Assembly: GCA_965250205.1 (NCBI GenBank) | Contig: CBDFNK010000010.1 | Span: 8,127 to 72,126 of the forward strand | Reading direction: 5' to 3' | Length of the DNA: 64,000 nt | Source of the DNA: Hyphomicrobiaceae bacterium | GTDB lineage: Bacteria > Pseudomonadota > Alphaproteobacteria > Rhizobiales > Hyphomicrobiaceae | Shown: piece by piece, positions 40,056 through 50,166 of the stretch | Layout of the letters: every line of letters starts with the position of its first letter | How positions within the stretch are numbered: position 1 is the first letter of the stretch | Translations under genes and position numbers: made by a program | The notes under the pieces: model-generated | What the model was told of the DNA's origin: nothing | The model's input: the letters and a program-made list of their open reading frames with translations, nothing else | The model's database searches: none

Positions 40056-41333
40056 TTAGGTTTCTTCGCGCTCAATTGCGCGCCAGCCAATGTCAGATCG
40101 AGAAAAACCATCTGGCCAATTAATTTCGGCGATGGCCTGATAGGCACGCGCCTGGGCGTCTTTCACCGTTGCCCCTGATGCCGTCACACCAAGTACCCGT
40201 CCACCATTGGCAATGATTTTGTCACCATCCAATTTTGTGCCTGCGTGAAAGATTGTAACGCCGTCAGTTTCTGACGCCGCGTCGAGCCCCTTGATCTCCG
40301 TGCCTTTTTTGGGCGTGCCCGGATACCCCTCACCCGCCATAACCACGCAGAGCGCCGATGCTAGGTCCCATTTGGCAGACGCCGTATCAAGCGTGCCATC
40401 GACTGTGGCTAACAACAGCTGCAAAAGGTCGGACTGCAAGCGCACCATCAAAACCTGGCATTCGGGATCGCCAAAACGGACATTATACTCAATCAACTGT
40501 GGGCCTTTGTCGGTGATCATCAGGCCTGCATAGAGCACCCCTTGATAGGGCATACCGCGTTCCGCCATGCCTTTGACGGTCGGTGCAATAATTTCCTCAA
40601 GTGTGCGTTGGATCAGCTCCGGCGTCATGACGGGTGCTGGTGAATAGGCACCCATGCCACCGGTGTTTGGTCCTGTATCACCATCTCCAGCACGCTTGTG
40701 GTCCTGCGCTGTTGCAAGCGGTAAAATATTTTTGCCATCAACAAGTACAAAAAAGCTGGCCTCTTCGCCGACTAAAAAGTCTTCAATCACCACTTCCGCA
40801 CCAGCACCGCCAAAGGCACCTTCAAAGCAGGCATCAAGTGCAGCTTCTGCGTCGGCCATGGTTTCAGCAATAACAACGCCTTTTCCAGCCGCCAGCCCAT
40901 CGGCTTTGATCACAACGGGAATGGACTGCGTTTTAAGCGCTTGTCTGGTGTCCTCGACATTCCTACAGCGCACATAACCCGCCGTTGGAATGGCATAGTC
41001 GCGACACAAATCTTTGGTGAAGCCTTTTGAGCCTTCAAGGGCGGCAGCGGCTTTGGTTGGTCCAAACGCCTTGATGCCTGCCCCTTGCAGGCTATCAACC
41101 AAGCCATCCACGAGTGGCGCTTCGGGACCAACAACGACCAAGCCGATGTCATTGTCATTACAAAACGCAATCACCGCAGAGTGGTCGCCAACCGCTAAAT
41201 CCGTGCACATTGCCACATCGGCAATGCCGCCATTGCCGGGCGCACAGTACAAGTTTGCAACATTGGGTGATTTAACAAGCGCCCACGCCAGTGCATGTTC
41301 GCGCCCACCCGAACCAATCAACAGAACATTCAT
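40056..41333 (-). CDS. purD: phosphoribosylamine-glycine ligase
   Basis: ATG at 41333 gives [17 protein letters not shown]. Contains [13 protein letters not shown] and [15 protein letters not shown]. Confidence 0.97.
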   Translation of the reverse strand: MNVLLIGSGGREHALAWALVKSPNVANLYCAPGNGGIADVAMCTDLAVGDHSAVIAFCNDNDIGLVVVGPEAPLVDGLVDSLQGAGIKAFGPTKAAAALEGSKGFTKDLCRDYAIPTAGYVRCRNVEDTRQALKTQSIPVVIKADGLAAGKGVVIAETMADAEAALDACFEGAFGGAGAEVVIEDFLVGEEASFFVLVDGKNILPLATAQDHKRAGDGDTGPNTGGMGAYSPAPVMTPELIQRTLEEIIAPTVKGMAERGMPYQGVLYAGLMITDKGPQLIEYNVRFGDPECQVLMVRLQSDLLQLLLATVDGTLDTASAKWDLASALCVVMAGEGYPGTPKKGTEIKGLDAASETDGVTIFHAGTKLDGDKIIANGGRVLGVTASGATVKDAQARAYQAIAEINWPDGFSRSDIGWRAIEREET

Positions 41334-41414
41334 GGGGAAGAGCCCTAAAGTTTTGCTTGTCACCTGCCTGAGAGGCATGATCTGCCTCAATGATGATGTA
41401 TCATGGCTCAGTGA

Positions 41415-42911
41415 TTGGGCAACTTCGGACGATTCGTGGCTGAGACTCAAACCAAACCCGCAGGCAAAGGTGCCAATGCTGCCGAATTTACGGTGTCGGA
41501 GTTATCCGGCGCCATCAAGCGCGCTTTGGAAGACGGCTTTGGCTACATTCGCCTGCGCGGCGAAATCTCCGGCTATCGCGGACCGCATGCCTCCGGCCAT
41601 TGCTACTTTACCCTCAAAGACCAACGCGCGCGCATTGATGCAGTGATCTGGCGCGGCGTGTTCTCACGCCTTCGGATTAAACCAGAAGAAGGCATGGAAG
41701 TGATTGCCACCGGCAAGGTGTCGTCTTACCCAGGTTCCTCCAAATACCAGATTGTTGTTGATGCGTTAGAACCTGCTGGCCTTGGGGCCATGATGGCCGA
41801 ACTGGAAGAACGCAAAAAGCGGCTTGCTGCTGAAGGCCTGTTTGAGGAAACGCGTAAAAAGCCGATTCCGTTTTTGCCAACCACCGTGGGTGTCATCACA
41901 TCGCCTACGGGTGCCGTCATCCGCGATATTCTGGCAGGCTTTACCGAACGCTTTCCAATACACGTTTTGTTGTGGCCTGCGAAAGTGCAAGGCGAAGGTA
42001 GTGCACCTCAGATCGCGCACGCCATTCAAGGCATGAACAAGCTTGGCGCACAAAAAGGGCTGCCCAAGCCAGACATCATCATCGTGGCCAGAGGAGGGGG
42101 AAGCTTAGAAGACCTGTGGAGCTTCAATGATGAAGCTGTTGTGCGTGCCGCCGCACAAAGTGACATTCCACTGATCGCCGCCGTAGGTCACGAAACCGAT
42201 TGGACGCTGATTGATTTGGTTGCCGATGCGCGAGCACCAACACCGACCAAGGCGGCTGAATGGACGGTTCCGAAGTACGCGGATCTCATTGCCGACCTTG
42301 CTGACCGCCAAGCGCGGTTGCGGGTTGCAATCCGCCGTCGCCTGGAAGGCGAACGCACGCATCTGAAAGCGGCCGCGCGCGGCCTGCCACGTCTTGATGA
42401 TCTCGTGACATTACCAAGACAGCGCTTTGACATGCTGGAGCGGCGCTTGGTGCAGGCACTGGTTGCCAACACCCAGGCCCTTCACACACGCGCGACACGG
42501 GCCTCGTCGCGTCTCAACCCGGCAAACCTAAAACAGCGCCTATCTCACGCCAGCCAGCGCCTTGAGACAACGGCATCACGCCTTGATCGCGCGCTCAAAA
42601 GCAGCATCGTCACCCAGCGTCGGGCACTCGATGCCAACGGCAAGCTGCTGCACTCACTGGGCTATCGCAATGTACTTCGCCGCGGCTTCGCGATTGTCCG
42701 TGATCCCGACGGTGCTATGGTCCGCCAGGCTGCGGGCGTTGCCCACGGCTCACCGTTAGACATTGAATTCGCAGACGGCCATGTCACCGCCACCGCAGGC
42801 GAAGCGGCAACGTCCCCCAAAAAGGATACTCCGTCTGCTGCTAAACCCACAAAAAAACAGACAAAACGAACAATGCCTAGGGGCGGGGGGGGGCAAGGCT
42901 CATTGTTCTGA
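41415..42911 (+). CDS. xseA: exodeoxyribonuclease VII large subunit
   Basis: Contains [30 protein letters not shown]....[10 protein letters not shown] and [14 protein letters not shown]. The start is either TTG at 41415 or GTG at 41436. It is divergent from purD. Confidence 0.92.
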   Translation: MGNFGRFVAETQTKPAGKGANAAEFTVSELSGAIKRALEDGFGYIRLRGEISGYRGPHASGHCYFTLKDQRARIDAVIWRGVFSRLRIKPEEGMEVIATGKVSSYPGSSKYQIVVDALEPAGLGAMMAELEERKKRLAAEGLFEETRKKPIPFLPTTVGVITSPTGAVIRDILAGFTERFPIHVLLWPAKVQGEGSAPQIAHAIQGMNKLGAQKGLPKPDIIIVARGGGSLEDLWSFNDEAVVRAAAQSDIPLIAAVGHETDWTLIDLVADARAPTPTKAAEWTVPKYADLIADLADRQARLRVAIRRRLEGERTHLKAAARGLPRLDDLVTLPRQRFDMLERRLVQALVANTQALHTRATRASSRLNPANLKQRLSHASQRLETTASRLDRALKSSIVTQRRALDANGKLLHSLGYRNVLRRGFAIVRDPDGAMVRQAAGVAHGSPLDIEFADGHVTATAGEAATSPKKDTPSAAKPTKKQTKRTMPRGGGGQGSLF

Positions 42912-43055
42912 TATATCTCTTCTGATGCAAAAATTCATCGCGTTTCATCTGAGCAGTTGCTTTTGAGAAAAGGTGCTGGCAAGACAGCCGACGCACCCCT
43001 AAACTGGCCTGAATTTTCAGTACGCAACATGATGGCCTAGGTTGAAAGAACCCGT

Positions 43056-43283
43056 ATGAACCGACTTGAAAAAATTTTTGCAGCCAGCGGGGAAGCTGGC
43101 CTGCGCTATTTGAACGGCGAGTTCCAAATCGTGAAACCTGGCGACCATGTACGCTGTGCTGTGACGGCTGAAAAAATTGAGTTGGCGTCGCTGAAATATT
43201 GGAGCGTTGAATTGCAAGAAGCCTATGTTTCGGCAGAAGCTTCAATGAAGCGCCACAAACAGCGGATGACTGAGCAGAGCTAG
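43056..43283 (+). CDS. DUF2093 domain protein
   Basis: The region LRYLNGEFQIVKPGDHVRCAVTAEKIELASLKYWSVELQEAY matches the conserved alphaproteobacterial small protein family. Confidence 0.8.
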   Translation: MNRLEKIFAASGEAGLRYLNGEFQIVKPGDHVRCAVTAEKIELASLKYWSVELQEAYVSAEASMKRHKQRMTEQS

Positions 43284-43291
43284 CAGGGTTA

Positions 43292-44351
43292 TCAGGCCTG
43301 TTTGGTGCAGCAACCGTCTAACAGTGCGACAATCTTCCTCGCGTCAGGCTCGGAAATCTCCATCACAATCGGCACCACGCGTGAAGCTGCCTTGAGCTTT
43401 TTGAGAGCATCATCATGGCCCGTAATCCGCAGCCAATCTTTTTCCGTTGTCACAAGTGTGAGGTCTTGATTAACCGCTGACTTTAAAAGGTCGTGCGCTT
43501 CTCCTGCACACATCTCATGGTGATCTGCAAATACGCGTTGTTCAACCAGGTCAGCACCCAGTGCGCACACCGTCTCAAAAAATCGCTCGGGGTTTCCAAT
43601 GCCCGCATAGGCCAACACGCGTGCATTCTGCAGTGATACAGTTGCAGACGGCACAGACACCTTTGCTCCAATCACTGGCCCATCAAACCCATGTGCGCGC
43701 AACCCAGACGCGATGGCATGTGTCATTGACCCGCCAGCATCAGGCAGCGCGCCCTGATTTACCACCACGGCGGCAACGCGTAGCGCTTGCACGCTCAAAG
43801 GGGCCCGCAAAGGTCCTGCTGGAATGACCTTGGCATTGCCAAAACCGCGCCTGCCATCAACAACGGCAATACTGAGGTCTTTGTTCACTGAAGGGTTTTG
43901 CAACCCGTCATCCATGATGACGACGTCAAATTTTTCAGGAGTTAGGGCGATGGCTTGAAGCCCTTGAGCGCGATCACGGGCAACCATCACAGGCGCATAT
44001 TTTGCAAGAAGCAAGGGCTCATCACCGACATCAGCCGCGCTGTGTTTTTCTCGGTCCACCCAAACTGGACCAACCTGGCTAGCACCAAATCCTCGGGTCA
44101 AAATCACTGGTTTCTGATCGCGTTTCTTTAAAGCATCCACCAACCAACAGACAAAGGGCGTTTTTACCGGTACCACCTGCCGTAAAATTGCCAACGCAGA
44201 CCACCGGAAGCGCAACTTTCAGCCCATCGGAGCGGGACATGCGCCGGGTTGCCACCCAGCCATAAACCGATGCGATGAATGACAATGCACGCGCCTGCCA
44301 GGAAACTTGCGCGCCCTCGCCATACCACCAGCCTGGCTCATTCAGCGGCAC
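43292..44351 (-). pseudogene. lpxK: tetraacyldisaccharide 4'-kinase LpxK, frame broken by one extra base in an A5 run inside the Walker A motif
   Basis: ORF 44079-44351 ends ...PVVCVGNFTAGGTGKN. ORF 43292-44215 contains ...KTPFVCWLVDALKKRDQKPVILTRGFG. Removing one A from GGTAAAAACG (plus-strand T5 at 44161-44165) restores GNFTAGGTGKTPFV. Confidence 0.85.
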
Positions 44352-46401
44352 GCGATGCCCTCTCAGAGTGTGCAGGTATTAATTTCAACAGCGTTGATGT
44401 CGTCAGCCTAAGCGCACCACCTAACTCCTCAAGACAGGCATGACCGGCCTTGACCATTATTTCTAAAGCAACCGGATCAGACATGAAGATAGCAACGCTA
44501 TCAGCAAGGGCCTCTGCATCCGCGACCTCGCGCACCGCACCTGCGTTGCGCAATGCGCGATAAACATCCGCGAAATTGTGTTGCGAGGGCCCGGTGATCA
44601 CGGCTGTAGACAGGCGCACGGCCTCCAGCGGGTTTTGCCCGCCGTGGTTGATGAATGAGCCCCCGACAAATGCGATATCGGTCAATGTATAGAAGAGACC
44701 AAGCTCACCGATCGTGTCTGCAACATAAATATCTGTCGCATCTGCCGGCAACTGCGCCAGCGATCGCTGGGCGACGCGCAGCCCCATGCTTTTTGCAAGT
44801 TCTGCAATAGAGGTTCCGCGTTCAGGATGGCGCGGCGCGATAATCGTGCACAGAGTTTGTATTTTTTGCTGCACGCGTCGATGCGCTTTGATGATCTCGG
44901 CATCTTCCCCATCATGGGTGCTGGCTGCAACAAATACTTTGCGGCCAGACAAAGCCGTTTGAAACGATGCCAGGTCGTCGGCATTCACAGGAGGTGGCGG
45001 TGCATCAACTTTTAAGTTGCCCGCATTAATCACCGTGCGTGAGCCAAGATCTGCAAACCGACGCGCCATTTGGGCGTTCTGTGCCAACACAACATTGAAG
45101 CGTGTAAAAAGAGGTGCCGAAAGGCCGCGATTTTTACGCCACTTGGAATGGCTCTTCTTGGACATCCGCGCGTTCACGAGCGCTAAGGGGATTTTCTTCT
45201 CCGAAGTCTCCAAGATCAGATTTGGCCAAATTTCACTTTCGGTAAAAATGGCAAGATCCGGTTGCCAATGATCCAAAAACCGACGCGCAAAGGCCGGAGA
45301 ATCAAACGGTACAAACTGGTGCACCGCTCTCGGGCCCAGTCGCGACTTGGCCAATGCCGCTGACGTTACCGTGCCAGTCGTTAAAACAACTTGCAGATTA
45401 TCGCGTTCGGCGAGTAATCGCTCGACGACCGGCAACACGGCGTTCGTCTCACCCACGCTTGCCGCATGCACCCAAACAAACGTGCCAGCGTTGGAACGTT
45501 CCTTCGAGGCAATGCCATAGCGTTCTTCTCGCCGCGCTGGATCTTCTTTGCCGCGGCGCGCCCGCTGGTTGTAAAGCACACGCGCTAGTGGCCGCAGCAA
45601 ACTGGTAAAGCCACGATAAACTTTGAGCTCGGCTCCAACTGGCGGCAAGGGCGCACCTGCAGGCACAGCAGATACAGGCGTTGCCCGGGTTGCATTGGCG
45701 CCAGCGGTTGCATACGCACGCGCAGTTGCCTCATTAAGCGCCACTTCAAGGTCCTGTCTTTTCTGCTCAATCACATCTGCCGACGCATCACTTGGCACCC
45801 AAATCTTATCTCCAACAACGCATGCCATTTTGGAATACGGCAGATTGATCGTCATCCGGCTCCAATTGTTGAGCGAAGTATAGCGCGATGTTGCCACCGC
45901 TACCGGAATAATCGGGCGACCTGACAGTTTGGCCAATGTGACAACGCCGGTGCCTGCTATGCGTGCCGGTCCTGGTGGCACATCTGCTGTGATGACAACA
46001 GCGCGATTTTCTTGCAGCGCGCGCACGGCTTGACGCAGCGCACTGACACCGCCGCGTTCCTTTTTGAATTTTCGGCCCTGTGATCCAGCACCTCGCACGA
46101 GTCTGACATTAAATGGCAGCAGTGCTTCCGCGATCACCTCTGCGTCACCATGGCGGGCAACAATCGCATCGGCTTCAAACCCTTCAGGCTGGAGTGATGC
46201 AACCATCATGAACTGACCATGCCACACCGCGACAATTGGCGGGTAATCCTCAAGCACGCGGGCCTGCCCGTCGGCTGGGTCCATCACGACTTTTGAAGAA
46301 TTGTGAACAAATCGAGTAAAGCGGGCCAGTTGGCGGCCAGTGGCCCGCGCAATTTGATTTTTTCGACGCGGCGAAAGTGCCATTTTTTTCAAAGGCCTCA
46401 T
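44338..46401 (-). CDS. waaA: fused DUF374 (lysophospholipid acyltransferase-like) domain and 3-deoxy-D-manno-octulosonic acid transferase
   Basis: This is a single ORF. The N-terminal ~230 aa is DUF374-like (IVAVWHGQFMM...ARHGDAEVIAE...VITADVPPGPAR..G.VTLAKLSGRPIIPV). The remainder is WaaA (FVWVHAASVGE...GGSF..HGGQNPLEA). The start is uncertain (46401, 46383 or 46482). It overlaps the lpxK start by 14 nt. Confidence 0.85.
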   Translation of the reverse strand: MRPLKKMALSPRRKNQIARATGRQLARFTRFVHNSSKVVMDPADGQARVLEDYPPIVAVWHGQFMMVASLQPEGFEADAIVARHGDAEVIAEALLPFNVRLVRGAGSQGRKFKKERGGVSALRQAVRALQENRAVVITADVPPGPARIAGTGVVTLAKLSGRPIIPVAVATSRYTSLNNWSRMTINLPYSKMACVVGDKIWVPSDASADVIEQKRQDLEVALNEATARAYATAGANATRATPVSAVPAGAPLPPVGAELKVYRGFTSLLRPLARVLYNQRARRGKEDPARREERYGIASKERSNAGTFVWVHAASVGETNAVLPVVERLLAERDNLQVVLTTGTVTSAALAKSRLGPRAVHQFVPFDSPAFARRFLDHWQPDLAIFTESEIWPNLILETSEKKIPLALVNARMSKKSHSKWRKNRGLSAPLFTRFNVVLAQNAQMARRFADLGSRTVINAGNLKVDAPPPPVNADDLASFQTALSGRKVFVAASTHDGEDAEIIKAHRRVQQKIQTLCTIIAPRHPERGTSIAELAKSMGLRVAQRSLAQLPADATDIYVADTIGELGLFYTLTDIAFVGGSFINHGGQNPLEAVRLSTAVITGPSQHNFADVYRALRNAGAVREVADAEALADSVAIFMSDPVALEIMVKAGHACLEELGGALRLTTSTLLKLIPAHSERASRAAE

Positions 46402-46536
46402 GCGAATGCGCCCAATTTCCCAACGGGAAATATTCTGTAAAGCTTGCCCGAGCTTCCTATAGCGAATATCTAACCGTTGCAAACAATGGCAAAACCGGCT
46501 GCGTCATCTTATCGTCACAGCGCTCTTGTTTGCCAG

Positions 46537-47328
46537 ATGGCGAAATTACTGAGACCTATCAAATCCCTAATGTCCCATTCTACCAGTAAAGTGCGCCGCT
46601 CTTATAAACAGGCAAAGCGCACCATGCGCAAAGCGGCTTCAACGGTCAGCAGACGGATTGCTGTTTATATTCCAGGACCGGTTAAGCAGACCTTGGGCCC
46701 ACATTACCGTTATTTGCAAATGTTGCTGTTGGATATCGGCGCCCTTCGCCTTGTATGTCCAAATCGACATCGGATCAGGCCCGAGATGTGGCGCTCTGCC
46801 CAACCGCTACCGCATCATATTGCGAGCCTTGCCAAACAGGGTCTTCGCACGGTTGTCAATTTGCGCGGTGTGCACAATTCTTCTGCCTATCGTATCGAAC
46901 GCGAAGCCTGCCGGGCACACGGCATTGAAATGATCGACTTTGAAGTGCGCTCACGTGCAGCTCCGACACGCGAGGAGCTTAACGGTATACGTGAATTGTT
47001 TGATCGCATCACCTACCCTGTACTGATGCACTGCAAGTCAGGCTCTGATCGCGCGGGCCTCATGAGTGTTCTTTACCTGCACCTAAAACAAGGCGTCCCC
47101 ATCAAAGAAGCCGCCAAACAATTGGCGTTGCGCTATGGCCATGTCCGCCATGCGAATCCAGGTGTATTGAGTTACTTCATTGAGCGCTATCTTGCAGACA
47201 CAGAAAATGAACCAATGGCATTCTTTGATTGGGTTGAAACGCGCTATGACGCGGACAAGGTCCAAGCAAGTTTCCGCTCAAAAGGCTGGGCCAATCGCAT
47301 TGTGGATGATGTCTTGTCACGCGAGTAA
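46537..47328 (+). CDS. protein tyrosine / dual-specificity phosphatase-like protein
   Basis: The CX5R signature HCKSGSDRAG follows VVNLRG. The ORF is open from 46477, and ATG at 46537 was chosen to leave a divergent promoter gap. Confidence 0.75.
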   Translation: MAKLLRPIKSLMSHSTSKVRRSYKQAKRTMRKAASTVSRRIAVYIPGPVKQTLGPHYRYLQMLLLDIGALRLVCPNRHRIRPEMWRSAQPLPHHIASLAKQGLRTVVNLRGVHNSSAYRIEREACRAHGIEMIDFEVRSRAAPTREELNGIRELFDRITYPVLMHCKSGSDRAGLMSVLYLHLKQGVPIKEAAKQLALRYGHVRHANPGVLSYFIERYLADTENEPMAFFDWVETRYDADKVQASFRSKGWANRIVDDVLSRE

Positions 47329-47504
47329 GTTGCCGAAAGCCAAGAAGGCATAAATAGGCCAACCAACAAACACCAACATCCGCCTCAGGATCGCGGCCAT
47401 CGCCATCACACGCTAGATCAGACCGCATTAAATCGGTTTCGATTTAATGCGGATAATTTGATCTACTGCCCAACACAAGCTTGCGCAGTGTTGGGTTTCA
47501 AAGA

Positions 47505-47549
47505 GTTAGAGCATCCTGCATTTGATGAAACACAGGTAAGATGCTCTAG
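47505..47549. repeat. small hairpin element with termini TTAGAGCATC / GATGCTCTAG
   Basis: A 10-bp terminal inverted repeat was read directly. Its CTAG contains the stop codon (minus strand) of the DUF4170 gene. Confidence 0.8.
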
Positions 47550-47800
47550 CGTGACGGCGTCACGTCTGTCGGATCGAGCAGGCGATGAATGTGCACGATG
47601 AAATACCGCATCAAGGCATTATCAACGGTCTTCTGGGCAGCACCTCGCCACGCAACTTCTGCGTCTGCATAGTTTGGAAAAATACCGATAACGTCGAGCT
47701 TCTCAACGTCGCGAAATTCAACGCCTTCCACTGCATCCAATTCACCGCCAAACACCAAATGCAGCAGTTGTTCATTCTCACGTTGAACCGCTTCGCTCAT
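47546..47800 (-). CDS. DUF4170 domain protein
   Basis: ATG at 47800. Contains LHLVFGGEL...GIFPNYADAEVAWRGAAQKTVDNALMRYFIVHIHRLLDP. Confidence 0.85.
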   Translation of the reverse strand: MSEAVQRENEQLLHLVFGGELDAVEGVEFRDVEKLDVIGIFPNYADAEVAWRGAAQKTVDNALMRYFIVHIHRLLDPTDVTPSR

Positions 47801-47866
47801 TGCCAAATGCCTTTCTTGAGATAACTTCACTCAGAAGGCGTCTAGCCAGCATTCGACTTTAGGGCA

Positions 47867-47925
47867 AGTCTGGCGCGCAGGTCTGGGGCTTGACGCGTAG
47901 GTCTGGGGCGCAGGTCTGGAGCTTG
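47867..47925. repeat. four imperfect direct copies of A(A/G)GTCTGG(G/C/A)G
   Basis: Read directly from the sequence at 47867, 47879, 47899 and 47912. Confidence 0.6.
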
Positions 47926-47933
47926 AAATGTGG

Positions 47934-48026
47934 TTACCTCAAAATCACTTCAACCGCCAAAAGGACGGCAAACAACAGCATGAACAGGAGCCACAGCGCC
48001 AAGCTATCAAATTTTGTATGCGGCAT
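47934..48026 (-). CDS. candidate 30-aa hydrophobic peptide (below the ORF-track cutoff)
   Basis: GGAAGGA lies 4 nt upstream of the ATG. The product is MPHTKFDSLALWLLFMLLFAVLLAVEVILR with a TAA stop. No family was recognised. Confidence 0.35.
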   Translation of the reverse strand: MPHTKFDSLALWLLFMLLFAVLLAVEVILR

Positions 48027-48226
48027 TGTCCTTCCAATTCCTAATATTACGATATGAACCCGTTCGCCCGCGAGGGGCCCAACTCAAGTTTCATCGTCGA
48101 AATCCAAGATTATGTCGGGCAAGGTCAAATCTGGCAATTGCCCTATGGCTGGCAATTAGCTAGCGTTCCCCAAATTTCAGGCTTTTCGATGCCGCTCCCT
48201 CAGGAAATTGGCGCAAGACAGCACCC

Positions 48227-49855
48227 ATGACGCAAAACCCGTTCGAACAAAATCTGGACCCCAATCCAGCCAACTATCAGCCAATGACCCCTTTGACATT
48301 GTTGTCACGGGCAGCTGGCGTATTCCCGACACAGACTGCTGTGATTCACGGCAATTCGCGGTTGGATTATCAGACATTCTATCGCCGATGCCGTCAGTTG
48401 GCATCGCAGTTGGCCAACAAGTATATCGGCCCCGGCGATTGTGTGTCCGTGATGCTACCCAACACACCGGCCATGCTTGAGGCCCACTACGGCGTGCCGA
48501 TGACAGGCGCCATTATCCATTCCATCAACACCCGGCTTGATCCTGCAATCATTGCATTTCAGTTGGACCATGCCGGAACAAGAGTACTGATTGTCGATCG
48601 CGAGTTTGCGCCGGTAATCAATCAGGCATTAAAAATTGCCAAAAGCAAACCGCTGTTGATCGACTACAACGACACTGAATTTCCCCAAGACAATGAGCCA
48701 CTGTCCTTCCTGGACTACGAAGAGTTTGTATCAGCAGGTGACCCCAACTTTGCCTGGCGCATGCCGGAAAATGAGTGGGAGGCAATCTCCCTTAATTACA
48801 CCTCTGGCACCACTGGAAACCCTAAAGGCGTCGTCTACCATCATCGTGGCGCAACGCTGATGTGCTATTCCAACACCGTTGCAACGGGGATGGCGCAGCA
48901 TGCCACCTACCTGTGGACATTACCGATGTTCCATTGCAATGGCTGGTGCTTTCCGTGGTCAGTGTCCGTTGTCGCAGGAACGCATGTTTGTCTCAGATGG
49001 GTCCGCGCCAAAGCGATCTACGATGCCATTGTCGATCACAAAGTCACCAACCTTTCGGGCGCACCTGTGGTGATGGCAACGATGCTTGACGCCCCTGAAA
49101 GCGACAAGCGTGAAATTACACATCGCGTTGCGTTTAATCATGCAGCCGCACCGCCACCTCAGTCGGTATTAAAACGCATGACCGACGCCGGATTTAATCT
49201 GACGCACCTTTATGGTCTAACAGAAACCTACGGGCCAGCCGTCATAAATGAATGGAAATCGGACTGGGATGAGCTACCTGACGATGAGCGTACTGCGAAA
49301 CGCGCGCGACAAGGCGTGCGCTATATCGCCCTTGAAGACCTCACTGTTCTGGACCCTGAAACAATGAAGCCGGTCGCTGCGGACGGAGAAACCATTGGCG
49401 AAGTAATGTTTCGCGGAAACATCGTCATGAAAGGCTATCTCAAGAACCCAAAGGCCACAGACAAAGCTTTTGAGGGTGGCTGGTTCCACTCTGGCGATCT
49501 GGGCGTTCTCTATCCCGACGGCTACGTGCAACTGAAGGATCGCTCCAAAGACATCATCATTTCAGGTGGCGAGAACATTTCTTCAATCGAAGTGGAAGAT
49601 GTGCTCTACAAACACCCTGCTGTTTCGGCATGTGCTGTCGTGGCCAAGCCTGATGAGAAATGGGGTGAAACGCCGTGCGCCTTTGTCGAGTTAAAACCCG
49701 GCTCTGAAACGACCCAAGATGAAATCATTCAGTGGTGTCGAGATAACCTCGCCAACTTCAAAACCCCACGCTTCGTCGTGTTCACCGAGGTTCCCAAAAC
49801 ATCAACTGGTAAAATTCAGAAATTTAAGCTCAGAGAACACGTCAAGGACCTCTAA
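48227..49855 (+). CDS. acyl-CoA synthetase (AMP-binding, medium/short-chain type)
   Basis: Contains YTSGTTGNPKGV, YGLTETYG, GWFHSGDLG and TSTGKIQKFKLR. Confidence 0.93.
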   Translation: MTQNPFEQNLDPNPANYQPMTPLTLLSRAAGVFPTQTAVIHGNSRLDYQTFYRRCRQLASQLANKYIGPGDCVSVMLPNTPAMLEAHYGVPMTGAIIHSINTRLDPAIIAFQLDHAGTRVLIVDREFAPVINQALKIAKSKPLLIDYNDTEFPQDNEPLSFLDYEEFVSAGDPNFAWRMPENEWEAISLNYTSGTTGNPKGVVYHHRGATLMCYSNTVATGMAQHATYLWTLPMFHCNGWCFPWSVSVVAGTHVCLRWVRAKAIYDAIVDHKVTNLSGAPVVMATMLDAPESDKREITHRVAFNHAAAPPPQSVLKRMTDAGFNLTHLYGLTETYGPAVINEWKSDWDELPDDERTAKRARQGVRYIALEDLTVLDPETMKPVAADGETIGEVMFRGNIVMKGYLKNPKATDKAFEGGWFHSGDLGVLYPDGYVQLKDRSKDIIISGGENISSIEVEDVLYKHPAVSACAVVAKPDEKWGETPCAFVELKPGSETTQDEIIQWCRDNLANFKTPRFVVFTEVPKTSTGKIQKFKLREHVKDL

Positions 49856-49940
49856 AGCAGGTCTTGTTAAATCGAAGACACAGACATGCTTTTTGTCTTT
49901 CCCCAACACTGCAGGGCGAGAGCTGTAGCCGCCCTCGCTT

Positions 49941-49973
49941 TAAAATAAAAAAGGCGGGCACATCGTACCCGCC
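49941..49973 (-). terminator. rho-independent terminator after the DUF465 gene
   Basis: The minus strand reads GGCGGG-TACGATGTG-CCCGCC followed by TTTTTTATTTTA. Confidence 0.7.
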
Positions 49974-49989
49974 GAACTGCTATTTCTTG

Positions 49990-50166
49990 CTAATGTCGCG
50001 TCTCAGCCTCAAGCCGCGTAATTTCATCTTTCAATTTTAGTTTTTCTTGTTTCATCCGCCGAATTTCGAGATCATCAGATCCCGGTCTCGCCATCTCCTG
50101 TTCAATCCGTCGCTCTAAAGCGCTATGCCGTTGTGAAAGCTCCTGGAGATGTCCAGATAATGCCAT
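49990..50166 (-). CDS. DUF465 (YdcH-like) protein
   Basis: ATG at 50166 follows GAAAGGAGG. The product is MALSGHLQELSQRHSALERRIEQEMARPGSDDLEIRRMKQEKLKLKDEI. Confidence 0.85.
   Translation of the reverse strand: MALSGHLQELSQRHSALERRIEQEMARPGSDDLEIRRMKQEKLKLKDEITRLEAETRH

Noticed and set aside
47330-47420. 27-29-aa hydrophobic minus-strand ORF (MAMAAILRRMLVFVGWPIYAFLAFGNLLA) overlapping the phosphatase gene stop
   Set aside because: It has no SD, overlaps the convergent gene end, and lies in repeat-rich DNA. The evidence is insufficient.
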